Part shown: positions 9,312-19,603 of the stretch, piece after piece | Position numbering within the stretch: the first letter of the stretch is position 1 | Layout: each line of letters starts with the position of its first letter | From: Candidatus Omnitrophota bacterium | Lineage (GTDB): Bacteria; Omnitrophota; Gorgyraeia; Zapsychrales; JANLHA01 | Direction of reading: 5' to 3' | NCBI GenBank assembly: GCA_963662715.1 | Contig: OY759724.1 | Location: 570,001 to 602,000, forward strand | Length of the DNA stretch: 32,000 nucleotides | Notes under the pieces: generated by a model | What the model was told of the DNA's origin: nothing | Seen by the model: only the letters and a program-made list of their open reading frames with translations | The model's database searches: none | Made by a program: the position numbers and the translations under genes

Positions 9312-9685
9312 GATTTCTCCTCAAGTTCCGCTTCAGGTGAAGACGGGTCAGGGTCTGTCCTGTGCCTCTGTAGCTCGCGCTGTCGCTCGATGGTGTGCTC
9401 GATCAATCTGGCCAACTTATCTGCAGCGCCATCGACAGCTTTGTCCAAGGTCATTGTCTGGTGCGTGACCGCGATGGGATGTCTGCCTTCAAGACGGGCT
9501 TCCATCAAACAACGCATGGCGTTGTGACCGACCTTTTTATCGCTGTTCTGGTCGCTCAGATGGACCTCCACTCGCGTAATGTGATCGCTGAATCGACTCA
9601 GGGCGCTCTTCACAATGCCCCTGAACTCAGAAGCCAGCGCTTCATGAACTTCGATGTTGTGATCAGTGTTTATTTGAATCTTCAT
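9308..9685 (-). CDS. HPF/RaiA-family (S30AE, sigma-54 modulation protein-like) ribosome-associated protein embedded in the ATPase operon
   Basis: 125 aa. MKIQINTDHNIEVHEAL...ITRVEVHLSDQN...RCLMEARLEGRHPIAVTH...LDKAVDGAADKLARLIEH matches the short HPF/RaiA family. RBS is AAAAGGAGAA. Its stop overlaps the atpG ATG (ATGA). Confidence 0.7.
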   Translation of the reverse strand: MKIQINTDHNIEVHEALASEFRGIVKSALSRFSDHITRVEVHLSDQNSDKKVGHNAMRCLMEARLEGRHPIAVTHQTMTLDKAVDGAADKLARLIEHTIERQRELQRHRTDPDPSSPEAELEEKS

Positions 9686-9699
9686 GATGTTCTCCTTTT

Positions 9700-11379
9700 C
9701 TAATTCAGCTCAGCCTGGTCTTTGGATTGCATATCTTTCTCCGTTTGGATATCCGGCGCAGGTTTATCTAATTTTTCTTCACTATTGGACTTTGGCTTAA
9801 GATCACCTTTGGCCTTCGTATTCTCTTTGGCCTCTTGAATCTGTTCTGGCTTTGGCTGATATTTTTCGAGCGCTTGACGGGCAATTTCGACGATCGCTTC
9901 GCGGTCCTCATCGCTCAACTTGTCGGCAGTACCCAGTCGTTCACTCACCTCAGATGGAATCTTCGCCGCAGACTCGTGGACAGCCTGCTCTGCGTCCGTC
10001 ATCTGGTCAAGCGGCACGTTGTCGAAGAGTTCAGCGGTCAATGCCAGCAGTACGGCGATTTGAGCGGGCACGGATACTGGGGTGAATTCAGGCTGTTTGA
10101 GGCAGGCGCGAATTCGCCGTCCATGTTCGATAATCTTGTGAGTATCCTTATCCAAACGGGCTCCGAAACGTGAAAAGGTTTCAAGTTCTTCAAATTGTGC
10201 GTAAGCGAGTTTGAGATCACCCGCCACGGCGCGGTAGGCCGCGAATTGCGCTTTACCGCCAACGCGTGAAACGGATTTTCCGACATCGACCGCCGGCAGT
10301 ACGCCCAATTCAAATAGCGACGGCGAAAGGTAAATTTGCCCATCCGTTATGGAAATCAAGTTGGTTGGGATATAAGCGGAAATATCCTGCGCTTCAGTTT
10401 CAATGATAGGCAGCGCGGTGAGGGATCCGCCTCCAAGTTCCTTGCTCAAGTGAGTCGCACGTTCTAGCAAGCGCGAGTGAATATAAAAAATGTCTCCTGG
10501 AAAAGCTTCTCGACCAGGCGGACGGCGCAGCAAGAGCGAGAGTTCGCGATAGGCCCGTGCGTGATGAGTAAGGTCGTCATAAACGATCAGCACATCTCGG
10601 CCTGTTTTCATGAAAAATTCCGCAATGCTGGTCGCGGCATAAGGAGCGATGTAAGTAAGCCCCGGTGGATTATTACCCTCAGTTACAATGACAACGGTAT
10701 AATCCATGGCGCCCTTTTCCCTCAAGATTGCCACGGCCTTCGCCACGGTGGACGCACGCTGACCAATAGCACAATAGACGCACAAAACATTCTGATCCCT
10801 CTGGTTAAGAATGGTATCGATCGCAATGGTGGTTTTGCCTGTTTGGCGGTCTCCGAGAATCAACTCACGCTGGCCTCGCCCAACAGGAATAATAGTATCA
10901 ATAACTTTAAGTCCGGTTTGGAGCGGCACCGTAACAGGCGCACGATCCATGATGCGGGCTGCGGGACGTTCGACAGGCAGATGCTTACTGGAAGCCACTG
11001 GCCCGCTGCCATCAAGTGGCTGACCAAGTGGGTCAATGACGCGCCCGAGCAATCCATCACCTACGAGTACGTCCATAACCCGGCCTGTACGCTCGACTTC
11101 ATCTCCTGTATTTAAATGCCAGTATTCACCAAGTAGAACGACGCCGATTTCATCCGCGTCTACGTTGAACGCAATACCGAGCACATCTCCGGGGAACTTT
11201 ACCAACTCCTCAAAGCCCACCTTTGGAAGACCGGAGACCTTAGCGATACCGGTAGCGATACTAGTAATCACGCCCACCTCCCGCGGCCTTAGGTTCGGTG
11301 TGAATGTTTCCCGCGCTTGACTTATTCCGGCAAACGTGCTGTCAAAAATGTTTTGTAGGCTCTCAGATTTATTGTTCAT
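9700..11379 (-). CDS. atpA: N-ATPase alpha subunit with about 51-aa Lys/Glu/Pro-rich C-terminal tail
   Basis: 559 aa. Has the Walker A motif GDRQTGKT and an F1-alpha core of about 508 aa. The tail is [51 protein letters not shown]. Confidence 0.95.
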   Translation of the reverse strand: MNNKSESLQNIFDSTFAGISQARETFTPNLRPREVGVITSIATGIAKVSGLPKVGFEELVKFPGDVLGIAFNVDADEIGVVLLGEYWHLNTGDEVERTGRVMDVLVGDGLLGRVIDPLGQPLDGSGPVASSKHLPVERPAARIMDRAPVTVPLQTGLKVIDTIIPVGRGQRELILGDRQTGKTTIAIDTILNQRDQNVLCVYCAIGQRASTVAKAVAILREKGAMDYTVVIVTEGNNPPGLTYIAPYAATSIAEFFMKTGRDVLIVYDDLTHHARAYRELSLLLRRPPGREAFPGDIFYIHSRLLERATHLSKELGGGSLTALPIIETEAQDISAYIPTNLISITDGQIYLSPSLFELGVLPAVDVGKSVSRVGGKAQFAAYRAVAGDLKLAYAQFEELETFSRFGARLDKDTHKIIEHGRRIRACLKQPEFTPVSVPAQIAVLLALTAELFDNVPLDQMTDAEQAVHESAAKIPSEVSERLGTADKLSDEDREAIVEIARQALEKYQPKPEQIQEAKENTKAKGDLKPKSNSEEKLDKPAPDIQTEKDMQSKDQAELN

Positions 11380-12335
11380 TGGTTTTTTGTTTCGGGCTTA
11401 GGTTCTTCTGTTTTATGTTTAAATTCATCTTTTACTTTAGGATCCTTTTTTACTTCTGGTTTAAGCTCAGCTTTAACTTCAGGTTTATTTTTGATTTCCG
11501 GCTTTGTTTCAGCCTTGATTTCTGGTTTAGATTCCTTTTCAGATTTAGATTCAGGCTCGCCTTTAGTTTCGGCCTTGTCCTTTTTTTTCAGAAGTTCATC
11601 GACGGCTTTTTCCAGTGACGTTAGATAATCGGCGATGCTCCATGCTACCTTTTGTCCATTCGTCGTGAGCTCAATGCCGCTGATCACGTCTGGCGCAGTC
11701 TCAAACCGCACCTGGATTTCAGCGGAGAATATCTTGTTGATGGCATTTTGTATTGTCGTGTGTTGCTCCGCTGGCAGATCAAAAGCGCTGTGTACAAGCA
11801 CAGGGTCGGATGAATTTTTCTGGGCCTCAACGAGACTTTCTTTTGCCTCGTTGTTCATTTCATGCAAACGCTGGGTAAACATCTCGGTCACACGTTCTTC
11901 CAAACTTGTCCCGGCTAGATCAGCCAGCACTTTTCGCGTGATAGCAAATACTTCCTGCTGTGTCCTATGTCTGATCGCTTGATGCAAGTTATCTTCTTCG
12001 TTTCTCAACGTTTCCTGCCGTTTTAAACTCAAAGCCACGGCCGCCTCCCGCGCTTCGTCAAGGAGACGCTCACGCTCGGTTTGCGCCTCTTCTGTCGCTT
12101 TGCTCAAGAGCGCGGCGCGCTGTTGCTCAAATTCTTTGTTTTTACGCTTAAACTCGTCACTCTCTTTTTGTGCGTCAGATTTTTTCTTATCGGCATTCGC
12201 GAGTTCTGTGGTAATCCGCTTCTCCCGCGCGTCGATGGCATTGAGGATTGGCTTGTACAGAAAGCGCTTCATCAACCACACCAGAATAAGAAAGTTGAGC
12301 ACCTGCGCGAATATGGTGAACCAATCGATTATCAT
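11376..12335 (-). CDS. atpF: N-ATPase b subunit with about 70-aa PEVK-like C-terminal tail
   Basis: One N-terminal TM helix ([22 protein letters not shown]) followed by a long charged coiled-coil. The track ORF begins at a TTG (12356). I prefer the ATG at 12335, which lies about 10 nt after GGGGGA. The stop overlaps the atpA start (ATGA). Confidence 0.85.
   Translation of the reverse strand: MIIDWFTIFAQVLNFLILVWLMKRFLYKPILNAIDAREKRITTELANADKKKSDAQKESDEFKRKNKEFEQQRAALLSKATEEAQTERERLLDEAREAAVALSLKRQETLRNEEDNLHQAIRHRTQQEVFAITRKVLADLAGTSLEERVTEMFTQRLHEMNNEAKESLVEAQKNSSDPVLVHSAFDLPAEQHTTIQNAINKIFSAEIQVRFETAPDVISGIELTTNGQKVAWSIADYLTSLEKAVDELLKKKDKAETKGEPESKSEKESKPEIKAETKPEIKNKPEVKAELKPEVKKDPKVKDEFKHKTEEPKPETKNQ
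11379..11588 (-). repeat. Low-complexity PEVK-like coding repeat in the atpF tail
   Basis: Encodes [33 protein letters not shown]. The imperfect 15-18-nt periodicity also creates spurious long ORFs on the opposite strand (11304..11618). Confidence 0.7.
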
Positions 12336-12339
12336 AGGT

Positions 12340-12624
12340 TTATTTTCCCCCTGCAATCTGGGCGATGACGTAGCCCCAGAACGGATTTGCGAATATGAGT
12401 ATCATCGAGACCACGAAGCAGTAGATAGCTGTTGACTCGATCATCGCCAGGCCAACGAACAGCGTCCTGGTAATGGTTGCGGAGGCATCAGGCTGCTGGG
12501 CCAGCGAACTTAGCGCGGTTGCGACCGCCCTTCCTTCGCCCAGAGCCGGGGCCATTGTGCCGAAAGCGGTAGTAATACCTGCAGTGATAATTGATGCCAC
12601 CGCGATGATCGTCATTGTATCCAT
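12340..12624 (-). CDS. atpE: N-ATPase c subunit (proteolipid) with Na+-type ligand set
   Basis: 94-aa two-helix hairpin. It has the loop AQQPDA and the helix-2 motif AMIESTAIY (E-S-T...Y). Helix 1 reads ALGEG, with Glu at the position of Ilyobacter tartaricus Gln32. Confidence 0.9.
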   Translation of the reverse strand: MDTMTIIAVASIITAGITTAFGTMAPALGEGRAVATALSSLAQQPDASATITRTLFVGLAMIESTAIYCFVVSMILIFANPFWGYVIAQIAGGK

Positions 12625-12642
12625 TGTTTCCTCCTTTTGTTC

Positions 12643-13353
12643 TTAAGTTAATGCTTCAATGTTTTTTTGCTCAAGTGCTGGCTTAGGCTTACGGACTCGT
12701 GTGGCAGCGGCAATATAAACCGCGGCCAAGATAAAAAAGATATAGGCCTGAACCATGCCAGTTAAAAGGCCGAGCACGGTCATAATGATTGGGAAAATTA
12801 AGGGTGTAATAGTCAGTAAGATACCGACAATCATAGCCCCGCTCATCATGTTTCCAAACAACCGTACGGCCAGAGCCAGTGTGCGCGACACTTCACTGAT
12901 AATATTAAAAGGCAGCATGATAAACGTCGGCTTCACATAGGATTTCAGGTAATTGCCCACCCCTTGTTCTTCGATGCCGAAAATCGGTACGGCTACTAAC
13001 ACACAAAACGCAAGTGCCGCCGTAGTTGAAAGCGAGCCTGTCGGAGGCTCATAGCCTGGGATAACGGTGCAGAGGCTGGCTGCGGCGACAAACAGGAAAA
13101 GTGTGCCCAAAAACCCGAGATATTTCCGTGGCTGACTTAAGCCTACATCTTCAATTTGTTTCTCAATCGCGGTAACAATAATTTCTAGAAGGTTCTGCCA
13201 TCGGGAACGTTCGAGCCCCGCGGAAAGTTTACGCGTGATGAGCTTTGAACCGACGGCTAGCACGAGCATCAGCCCCCACGTGAACACAATGGTGGCGTTG
13301 AGTTTGAAAAATCCGTGTTGCCAGAAAATCATCTGATCGGGGCTAAGGCGCAA
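12643..13353 (-). CDS. atpB: N-ATPase a subunit
   Basis: 236-aa polytopic protein with the conserved stator Arg in LAVRLFGNMMSG. It starts at TTG, 6 nt after AAGGAGGT. An alternative ATG lies at 13332. Confidence 0.9.
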   Translation of the reverse strand: MRLSPDQMIFWQHGFFKLNATIVFTWGLMLVLAVGSKLITRKLSAGLERSRWQNLLEIIVTAIEKQIEDVGLSQPRKYLGFLGTLFLFVAAASLCTVIPGYEPPTGSLSTTAALAFCVLVAVPIFGIEEQGVGNYLKSYVKPTFIMLPFNIISEVSRTLALAVRLFGNMMSGAMIVGILLTITPLIFPIIMTVLGLLTGMVQAYIFFILAAVYIAAATRVRKPKPALEQKNIEALT

Positions 13354-13660
13354 GGTTGACCTCCTTCTTCTGGCGAATTTGTATTCTTTCCGATGGCCGC
13401 GTCAGTCCTATCACGATAAAGCGCGCCATAACAAATCCAAGCAAGCACATCAGCAGCCTCTCCCAAGATCCGAGCCCGATAAAATAAAAACCAGAAAGTA
13501 TAATGCTCGTTCGTAGCAACAGACTTCCGAAGAACCAAAGCGCCGGCTGTTTAGACGTTACACCCTTACGAACTGTCCACCAAAGGCCCCCGAAAAATAT
13601 CACTCCGAGTAAAACGCCTGCCACCAAAGCAAATACCAAAGGTAATGTTTCATTCATCAT
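13343..13660 (-). CDS. atpR: N-ATPase-specific subunit AtpR
   Basis: 105 aa. LVFALVAGVLLGVIFFGGLWWTVRKG...ALWFFGSLLLRTSII...WERLLMCLLGFVMARFIV is the characteristic AtpR pattern, with conserved membrane-embedded Arg residues. Confidence 0.8.
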   Translation of the reverse strand: MMNETLPLVFALVAGVLLGVIFFGGLWWTVRKGVTSKQPALWFFGSLLLRTSIILSGFYFIGLGSWERLLMCLLGFVMARFIVIGLTRPSERIQIRQKKEVNLAP

Positions 13661-13980
13661 TATTCTCCTGATAATCTTTCATTTCCTTGTCTTCCTTAAG
13701 TACCCAGTGCCATGCATTCAAACATCCTATAATCAAACCGATCAGTAGCAACATCAACGTCCAGGAATAGCTTCCTGAATGTCGATTGTCCAGCCAGATA
13801 CCTAATGCCGCGCCAAGGAGTGTCGGAACCACTACCGACCAACCGATAAGCCCCATCATGCCCAAGCCAAACCAGACACCTTGTCTGGATTTATGGCGTG
13901 CCTTGAGTTTACGCTCCGCTTTCATACCGATCTCACGACTAAACGTGATCCGACTTTTCATGCTATTGTTTTCTGATTTT

Positions 13981-13988
<8 letters not shown>
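13650..13988 (-). CDS. atpQ: N-ATPase-specific subunit AtpQ (AtpI/AtpZ, ATPase_gene1-like)
   Basis: 112 aa with two TM helices. FGLGMMGLIGWSVVVPTLLGAALGIWLDNR...WTLMLLLIGLIIGCLNAWHWV resembles the ATPase gene-1 family. Position after atpC matches the N-ATPase operon. Confidence 0.7.
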
Positions 13989-15916
<1,928 letters not shown>

Positions 15917-15956
15917 TTAAGAGATATTCTGTCCTGTTTGATATTCTCTTCTCTGG

Positions 15957-16880
15957 TTATGTTGATATCCGTTTAAATAAATCTTCCGTGTCCTTCAACC
16001 GACACAGTTCTCTCTTCGGATTCATGACCGCAGCAGCGCCAGCAGCAATACCATATTGCACCGCTTCACGTAATGACTTTCCCCGCGATAAAGCAAGAAC
16101 AATACCGGCCACCATGCTATCTCCTGCTCCAACTTTACTTACGATTGGAATAGTTGGGGAACGAAAGTGTTCAATGCCATCTTTAGACGCCATTATGGCT
16201 CCTGCTGATCCTAATGAAATAACAACTACCTCACATTGTTCTTCTTTAATAAACCTTATGGCTGCTTCTTCTAGCTGTGACTCATTTTTAATTTCTTTTT
16301 TTGTTAATTCTTGAAGTTCATGCATATTTGGTTTAAGCAAATAGACACCTGAACTGGCTGCCAAGTGGAGAGCTTCTCCTGAAGTATCTACGATAACACG
16401 AGCATTCAGCTCTTTGGCAATACAAGCTACACGGGCATAAAAATCATCCGGAACCCCTGGCGCAAGACTTCCGCTCGCTACGATATAATCAGGTTTTAGC
16501 TTAACTGTGGACAATTCATCAAGACACATCTTCCACTCTTTCTCTTTTAATTGGGGGCCAGGCAAATTAAAACGAAATTGTTTACCGGTAGATTCTTCCA
16601 CAACTATCAGATTTTCCCTCGTCAGTCCTGAAATCGGGATTGGCTGGTGTTTTATTCCTTCCTCATCGAGTAATTGCTCAAGCATTTTCCCGTATAAACC
16701 ACCGGAAGCATATATAGCTTGTGATTCTCCCCCCAATCTTTTTATTGCCCGAGAGACATTAATTCCACCACCACCAGCTTCATAAAAAGGCTCCTTGCAG
16801 CGTAATTTATTATCAGGAACAACGTGATCAACACTTGAGCTCGCATCTACGCATGGATTAATAGTTAATGTGATTATCAT
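15957..16880 (-). CDS. pfkB: PfkB-family sugar-phosphate kinase, copy 2
   Basis: Paralog of 1615..2547, collinear from [17 protein letters not shown] start it at the ATG at 16880 (RBS CAGGAG), as in copy 1. The 21 extra codons of the track ORF run into a gpmA relic. Confidence 0.85.
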   Translation of the reverse strand: MIITLTINPCVDASSSVDHVVPDNKLRCKEPFYEAGGGGINVSRAIKRLGGESQAIYASGGLYGKMLEQLLDEEGIKHQPIPISGLTRENLIVVEESTGKQFRFNLPGPQLKEKEWKMCLDELSTVKLKPDYIVASGSLAPGVPDDFYARVACIAKELNARVIVDTSGEALHLAASSGVYLLKPNMHELQELTKKEIKNESQLEEAAIRFIKEEQCEVVVISLGSAGAIMASKDGIEHFRSPTIPIVSKVGAGDSMVAGIVLALSRGKSLREAVQYGIAAGAAAVMNPKRELCRLKDTEDLFKRIST

Positions 16881-17019
16881 TATTTCAACTCCTGCTTGCT
16901 TGTTACTTGAATTCTTGTCTCTGGTTTGCACCAGTAAAGGCATACATTACTCTTTTAACTTCGAAGAGAAACATTTTATTTTGACCAAATAATTTTTAAT
17001 AGTCCGTATATTCTATATT
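16881..17019 (-). pseudogene. Relics of the gpmA 3' end and J-protein 5' end left by an internal deletion in duplication copy 2
   Basis: 16881..about 16931 aligns with the last roughly 50 nt of gpmA (2548..about 2599). About 16932..17019 aligns, with many mismatches, to the first roughly 90 nt of the J-protein gene. The start codon is destroyed (ATGGCAAAT has become ATAGAATAT). Confidence 0.5.
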
Positions 17020-17613
17020 TTATGTCAATTGCAAATTTACAAAATCCCAATTAATCAAATTCTCAATATATGAGTCGATATAATCTGCCCTTTTGTTCTG
17101 GTAATCTAGATAATAAGCATGTTCCCAAACATCAATGGTCAACAAAGGTTTTAAGCCGTTTGCAATTGGTGTATCAGCATTTGATGTTTTTACAATCTCG
17201 AGTTTTCCTTCTTTTAATGTCAGCCATGCCCAGCCGCTGCCGAATTGGCTAGTTGCTGATTTCTTAAATTCCTCTATAAACTTTTCATAATTGCCAAAGT
17301 CAGACTGAAATTTTTCTTCTATTGCTCCCTTGGGAATTCCGCCTCCACTCGGTTTCATGCATTGCCAATAAAAAGAGTGATTCCATACTTGAGCCGCATT
17401 ATTGAAGATTGCTGATTTTGATTTATCTTTGGCAGTCTTTTTAATAATGATTTCCAGATCATCTTTAGCTAGTTCTGTGTCGGAAATTAATCCATTTAAT
17501 TTTTCGACATATCCCGCATGATGTTTTCCATAATGGAATTCTAACGTTTTTGCACTAATATGCGGTGTGAGAGCATCTTGGGTGTAGGGCAATTTCATTA
17601 ATGTAATGGTCAT
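17020..17613 (-). CDS. sodB: Fe-type superoxide dismutase, copy 2
   Basis: 197 aa starting at MTITLMKLPY (ATG 17613, RBS AAGGAGAAAG). My manual alignment to copy 1 gives 20 mismatches in 197 residues. The C-terminal third is identical. Confidence 0.93.
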   Translation of the reverse strand: MTITLMKLPYTQDALTPHISAKTLEFHYGKHHAGYVEKLNGLISDTELAKDDLEIIIKKTAKDKSKSAIFNNAAQVWNHSFYWQCMKPSGGGIPKGAIEEKFQSDFGNYEKFIEEFKKSATSQFGSGWAWLTLKEGKLEIVKTSNADTPIANGLKPLLTIDVWEHAYYLDYQNKRADYIDSYIENLINWDFVNLQLT

Positions 17614-17635
17614 TTCTTTCTCCTTTTTTAGTGTT

Positions 17636-18067
17636 TCATTTAATAAAATCAAAATATATTGCAAAAAGCAAAGCTACAGCTGATACAGCGAATATGAAAA
17701 AATAATTGATTCGTTCTTTTTCGGATTTCAAGCTACAAAGAATATCTGCGATAAGAGAATATTCATTGCTAGAAAGAGGTTTTTCTTCTCTTGCTTTTTC
17801 AATAAGATTATCCTCTTCGATAATTTGTGCTAAAGATCTATTTACATTAAATTTATAAATAAAGAAAAACAAAAAACCAACAACTCCGATATACCATGAT
17901 ATTTTTCCATAAACAGGATGAATATCCATCAAGACGGTAACAATACGAATAGCTACCGTTGCGATAAGACCTATTATAAAAAATATCCACGACACGAAAG
18001 AATCGTTGCAACTTTTCCGCTGCGAGCAATCTTTGCAATTATTATTTTTCATATTATTTAAATTCAT
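17636..18067 (-). CDS. Hypothetical 3-TM membrane protein with Cys-rich N-terminus, copy 2
   Basis: 143 aa, collinear with 4675..5091 and keeping the same CKDCSQRK.CNDS N-terminus. An alternative start lies at the second ATG (MKNNNCKDC). Confidence 0.65.
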   Translation of the reverse strand: MNLNNMKNNNCKDCSQRKSCNDSFVSWIFFIIGLIATVAIRIVTVLMDIHPVYGKISWYIGVVGFLFFFIYKFNVNRSLAQIIEEDNLIEKAREEKPLSSNEYSLIADILCSLKSEKERINYFFIFAVSAVALLFAIYFDFIK

Positions 18068-18278
18068 TTCTATTTATTCTCCCAGAACTCATCTACTACC
18101 TTTTCTATCCATTTAAAAATTCCAAACGCATTCCCAATGACGGAGGCTGAACGGAAACTTATCTTTGTACCGGCAATAATAGGATTTAATAATAAAAATG
18201 CTCTTCTAAGCTTATTCCGCAGCACGCACTTTACAAAAAGTACGCGTCTTAAAGAATAAACCAATCACAAAACTTACG

Positions 18279-18467
18279 TTACTGTTCAACACTAATCGCA
18301 GAAGCCGGGCATGCATCGGATGCGGATTTGCATTTTTCCTCTGACTCTTTTGGCACCTGGTCAACATGAACAAACGCTTTTTCCCCCTCCATCCTAAAGA
18401 CTTCAGGGCATGTGTTAGCGCAGCCCTGGCCACCAGCACACAAACTTTGATCAACTTTTGCTTTCAT
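18279..18467 (-). CDS. Small mono-cluster ferredoxin, copy 2
   Basis: 62 aa starting at MKAKVDQSLC (ATG 18465-18467, RBS AGGAGG). It differs from copy 1 at two C-terminal residues. The first 155 nt are identical to copy 1. Confidence 0.8.
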   Translation of the reverse strand: MKAKVDQSLCAGGQGCANTCPEVFRMEGEKAFVHVDQVPKESEEKCKSASDACPASAISVEQ

Positions 18468-18532
18468 TTCAGACCTCCTGTTTTTAGATTTTTGAGCAAT
18501 ACCTGCAATTCTTTTATTTTGAAACATTTTGT

Positions 18533-18574
18533 GAAAAAACAGATACACGCCTATCCTGCTTAGATAAACGTGTA
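18533..18574 (-). terminator. Rho-independent terminator candidate between the 42-aa Cys-rich ORF and ferredoxin copy 2
   Basis: The minus strand reads TACACG-tt-TATC-taagcag-GATA-gg-CGTGTA followed by TCTGTTTTTTCAC. That gives 10 bp of stem with a small internal loop and then a U-run. Confidence 0.5.
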
Positions 18575-18591
18575 CCAAACACAAAACTCGT

Positions 18592-18720
18592 TTACTTCAT
18601 TTTCTTCATCGGTTTTCCACAACAATCTTTCTGTTTATCAGACGTTGTTCCGCAAGGTTCGCATTTATACTGTTCTTTCTTTTTTTCTTCTTTTTTCTTA
18701 TTTGATCCGCAGCAATCCAT
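18592..18720 (-). CDS. Unannotated 42-aa Lys/Cys-rich small protein (metallothionein-like or zinc-ribbon-like)
   Basis: Below the ORF-track size cutoff. GGGAGGTG lies 7 nt before the ATG at 18720. It translates to MDCCGSNKKKEEKKKEQYKCEPCGTTSDKQKDCCGKPMKKMK, stops at TAA (18592-18594), and a terminator hairpin follows immediately. Confidence 0.55.
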   Translation of the reverse strand: MDCCGSNKKKEEKKKEQYKCEPCGTTSDKQKDCCGKPMKKMK

Positions 18721-18773
18721 TGAACTCACCTCCCTCTTGACTAAAATAATTAATATCGTTAAATGTTAGCGGT

Positions 18774-19325
18774 TTATCCACAACAAGTTGCTTTTTCTGT
18801 GTGCTCATGTAAACTCTCGTGATGATCACACTCCACAACCTTGGTTGTTTTAAAAACTTCTTTGGCTTTTGCCGCATCGCTTTCTGTCCCATGCAAAAGA
18901 ACCAAATATTTATTACTCTTAATAGCCGTTTCGTATTTGACAATACTGTCCTTCGGGATACCCATACTATAAAGGCCTGCTCCTAGGGCACTTAAGCCCC
19001 CATAAACAACTGCGCCTTCTAAACCTGCCACAATTGATGCAACTAGCGGGCCTCCGACTAAAATAGGCCCTAGGCCCGGAATCAAAAAGAACGCTGATCC
19101 AAATAGTAGCCCCCAAAAACCTCCCCAGAATGCACCTAATTTACCCCAATATTTCATGCGGTCTCCGGCATTATAATATCCAACCACATGTTCCTCAGTG
19201 TGATAATCTTTCCCAACGATTGATATACTATTCATATCAACACCAGCTTTTTGCAATTTCTTAACAGCCTCTTCGGCTTCGATGTGAGACTTATAAATTG
19301 CAACTGTTGCACATTTTTTAGACAT
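18774..19325 (-). CDS. YflT/DUF1269-like general stress membrane protein with His/Cys-rich C-terminus
   Basis: 183 aa. The N-terminal VAIYKSHIEAEEAVKKLQKAGVDMNSISIVGKD matches the YflT-type stress domain. The Gly-rich membrane core is GAFWGGFWGLLFG...GLGPILVGGPL. The tail is CDHHESLHEHTEKATCCG. Confidence 0.7.
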   Translation of the reverse strand: MSKKCATVAIYKSHIEAEEAVKKLQKAGVDMNSISIVGKDYHTEEHVVGYYNAGDRMKYWGKLGAFWGGFWGLLFGSAFFLIPGLGPILVGGPLVASIVAGLEGAVVYGGLSALGAGLYSMGIPKDSIVKYETAIKSNKYLVLLHGTESDAAKAKEVFKTTKVVECDHHESLHEHTEKATCCG

Positions 19326-19406
19326 GATTAAAATCCTCCTTTTTCAGGTAATAATCGTTTCTTGAATTTTATAAATTTGTAATACGCTCTACATCTCCCA
19401 CTTCCT

Positions 19407-19577
19407 TTATTTAAAAAGTGACAAACTAAATAGAGTCCCTAAAAAAGCTCCATAAATAGCACCCCGTAGGGGAGTGCTCGTTAACGGGCACGCCCCGCTT
19501 GAGCATTTGCCGTAATATCCAATTACGCCTCCTAAAGAAGCGCCTATAATTATTCCAACTAGAATTTTTAGTATCAC
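19407..19577 (-). CDS. Small 2-TM membrane protein with a C.SG.CP motif (DUF6132-like)
   Basis: The track ORF (to 19652) starts at a TTG inside the upstream gene. I prefer the GTG at 19577, which lies 7 nt after AAGGA. The protein reads VILKILVGIIIGASLGGVIGYYGKCSSGACPLTSTPLRGAIYGAFLGTLFS. Confidence 0.45.
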   Translation of the reverse strand: MILKILVGIIIGASLGGVIGYYGKCSSGACPLTSTPLRGAIYGAFLGTLFSLSLFK

Positions 19578-19603
19578 CTTGCCATCCTTTATTAATTTCT
19601 TAA

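Larger units (their letters stand above)
15957..18467. repeat. Segmental duplication, reduced copy (pfkB, sodB, membrane protein, fdx plus gene relics)
   Basis: It has the same order and orientation as 1615..6806. It lacks most of gpmA and the J-gene, and most of the DUF5661 gene and ldhA. Short relics remain at both deletion junctions. Confidence 0.85.

Noticed and set aside
10477-11115. 212-aa plus-strand ORF. Similar long plus-strand ORFs lie at 28438..28959, 23502..23990, 15877..16314, 15104..15541, 14369..14818 and 11304..11618.
   Set aside because: All lie antisense to strongly supported minus-strand genes (atpA, radical SAM, dnaK, pfkB, atpD, atpF). They have no RBS or recognisable motifs and show low-complexity or shadow-frame composition. 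The ones over the ATPase tails are artefacts of the repetitive K/E/P coding.
18070-18264. 64-aa ORF between membrane-protein copy 2 and ferredoxin copy 2. Overlapping ORFs lie at 18212..18454 and 18698..18943.
   Set aside because: Only the last roughly 10 residues (VDEFWENK) resemble anything, namely the DUF5661 C-terminus. The rest spans a deletion scar and decayed spacer, so it is best read as a relic rather than a gene. The other two ORFs are out-of-frame shadows of the ferredoxin and the YflT-like gene.
18468-18580. Sigma-54-type promoter (TGGCAC-N5-TTGC) near TTTGGTACACGTTTATC and ATTGCAGGTATTGCTC
   Set aside because: The GG/GC spacing does not fit the -24/-12 geometry. The first sequence is better explained as the terminator stem.
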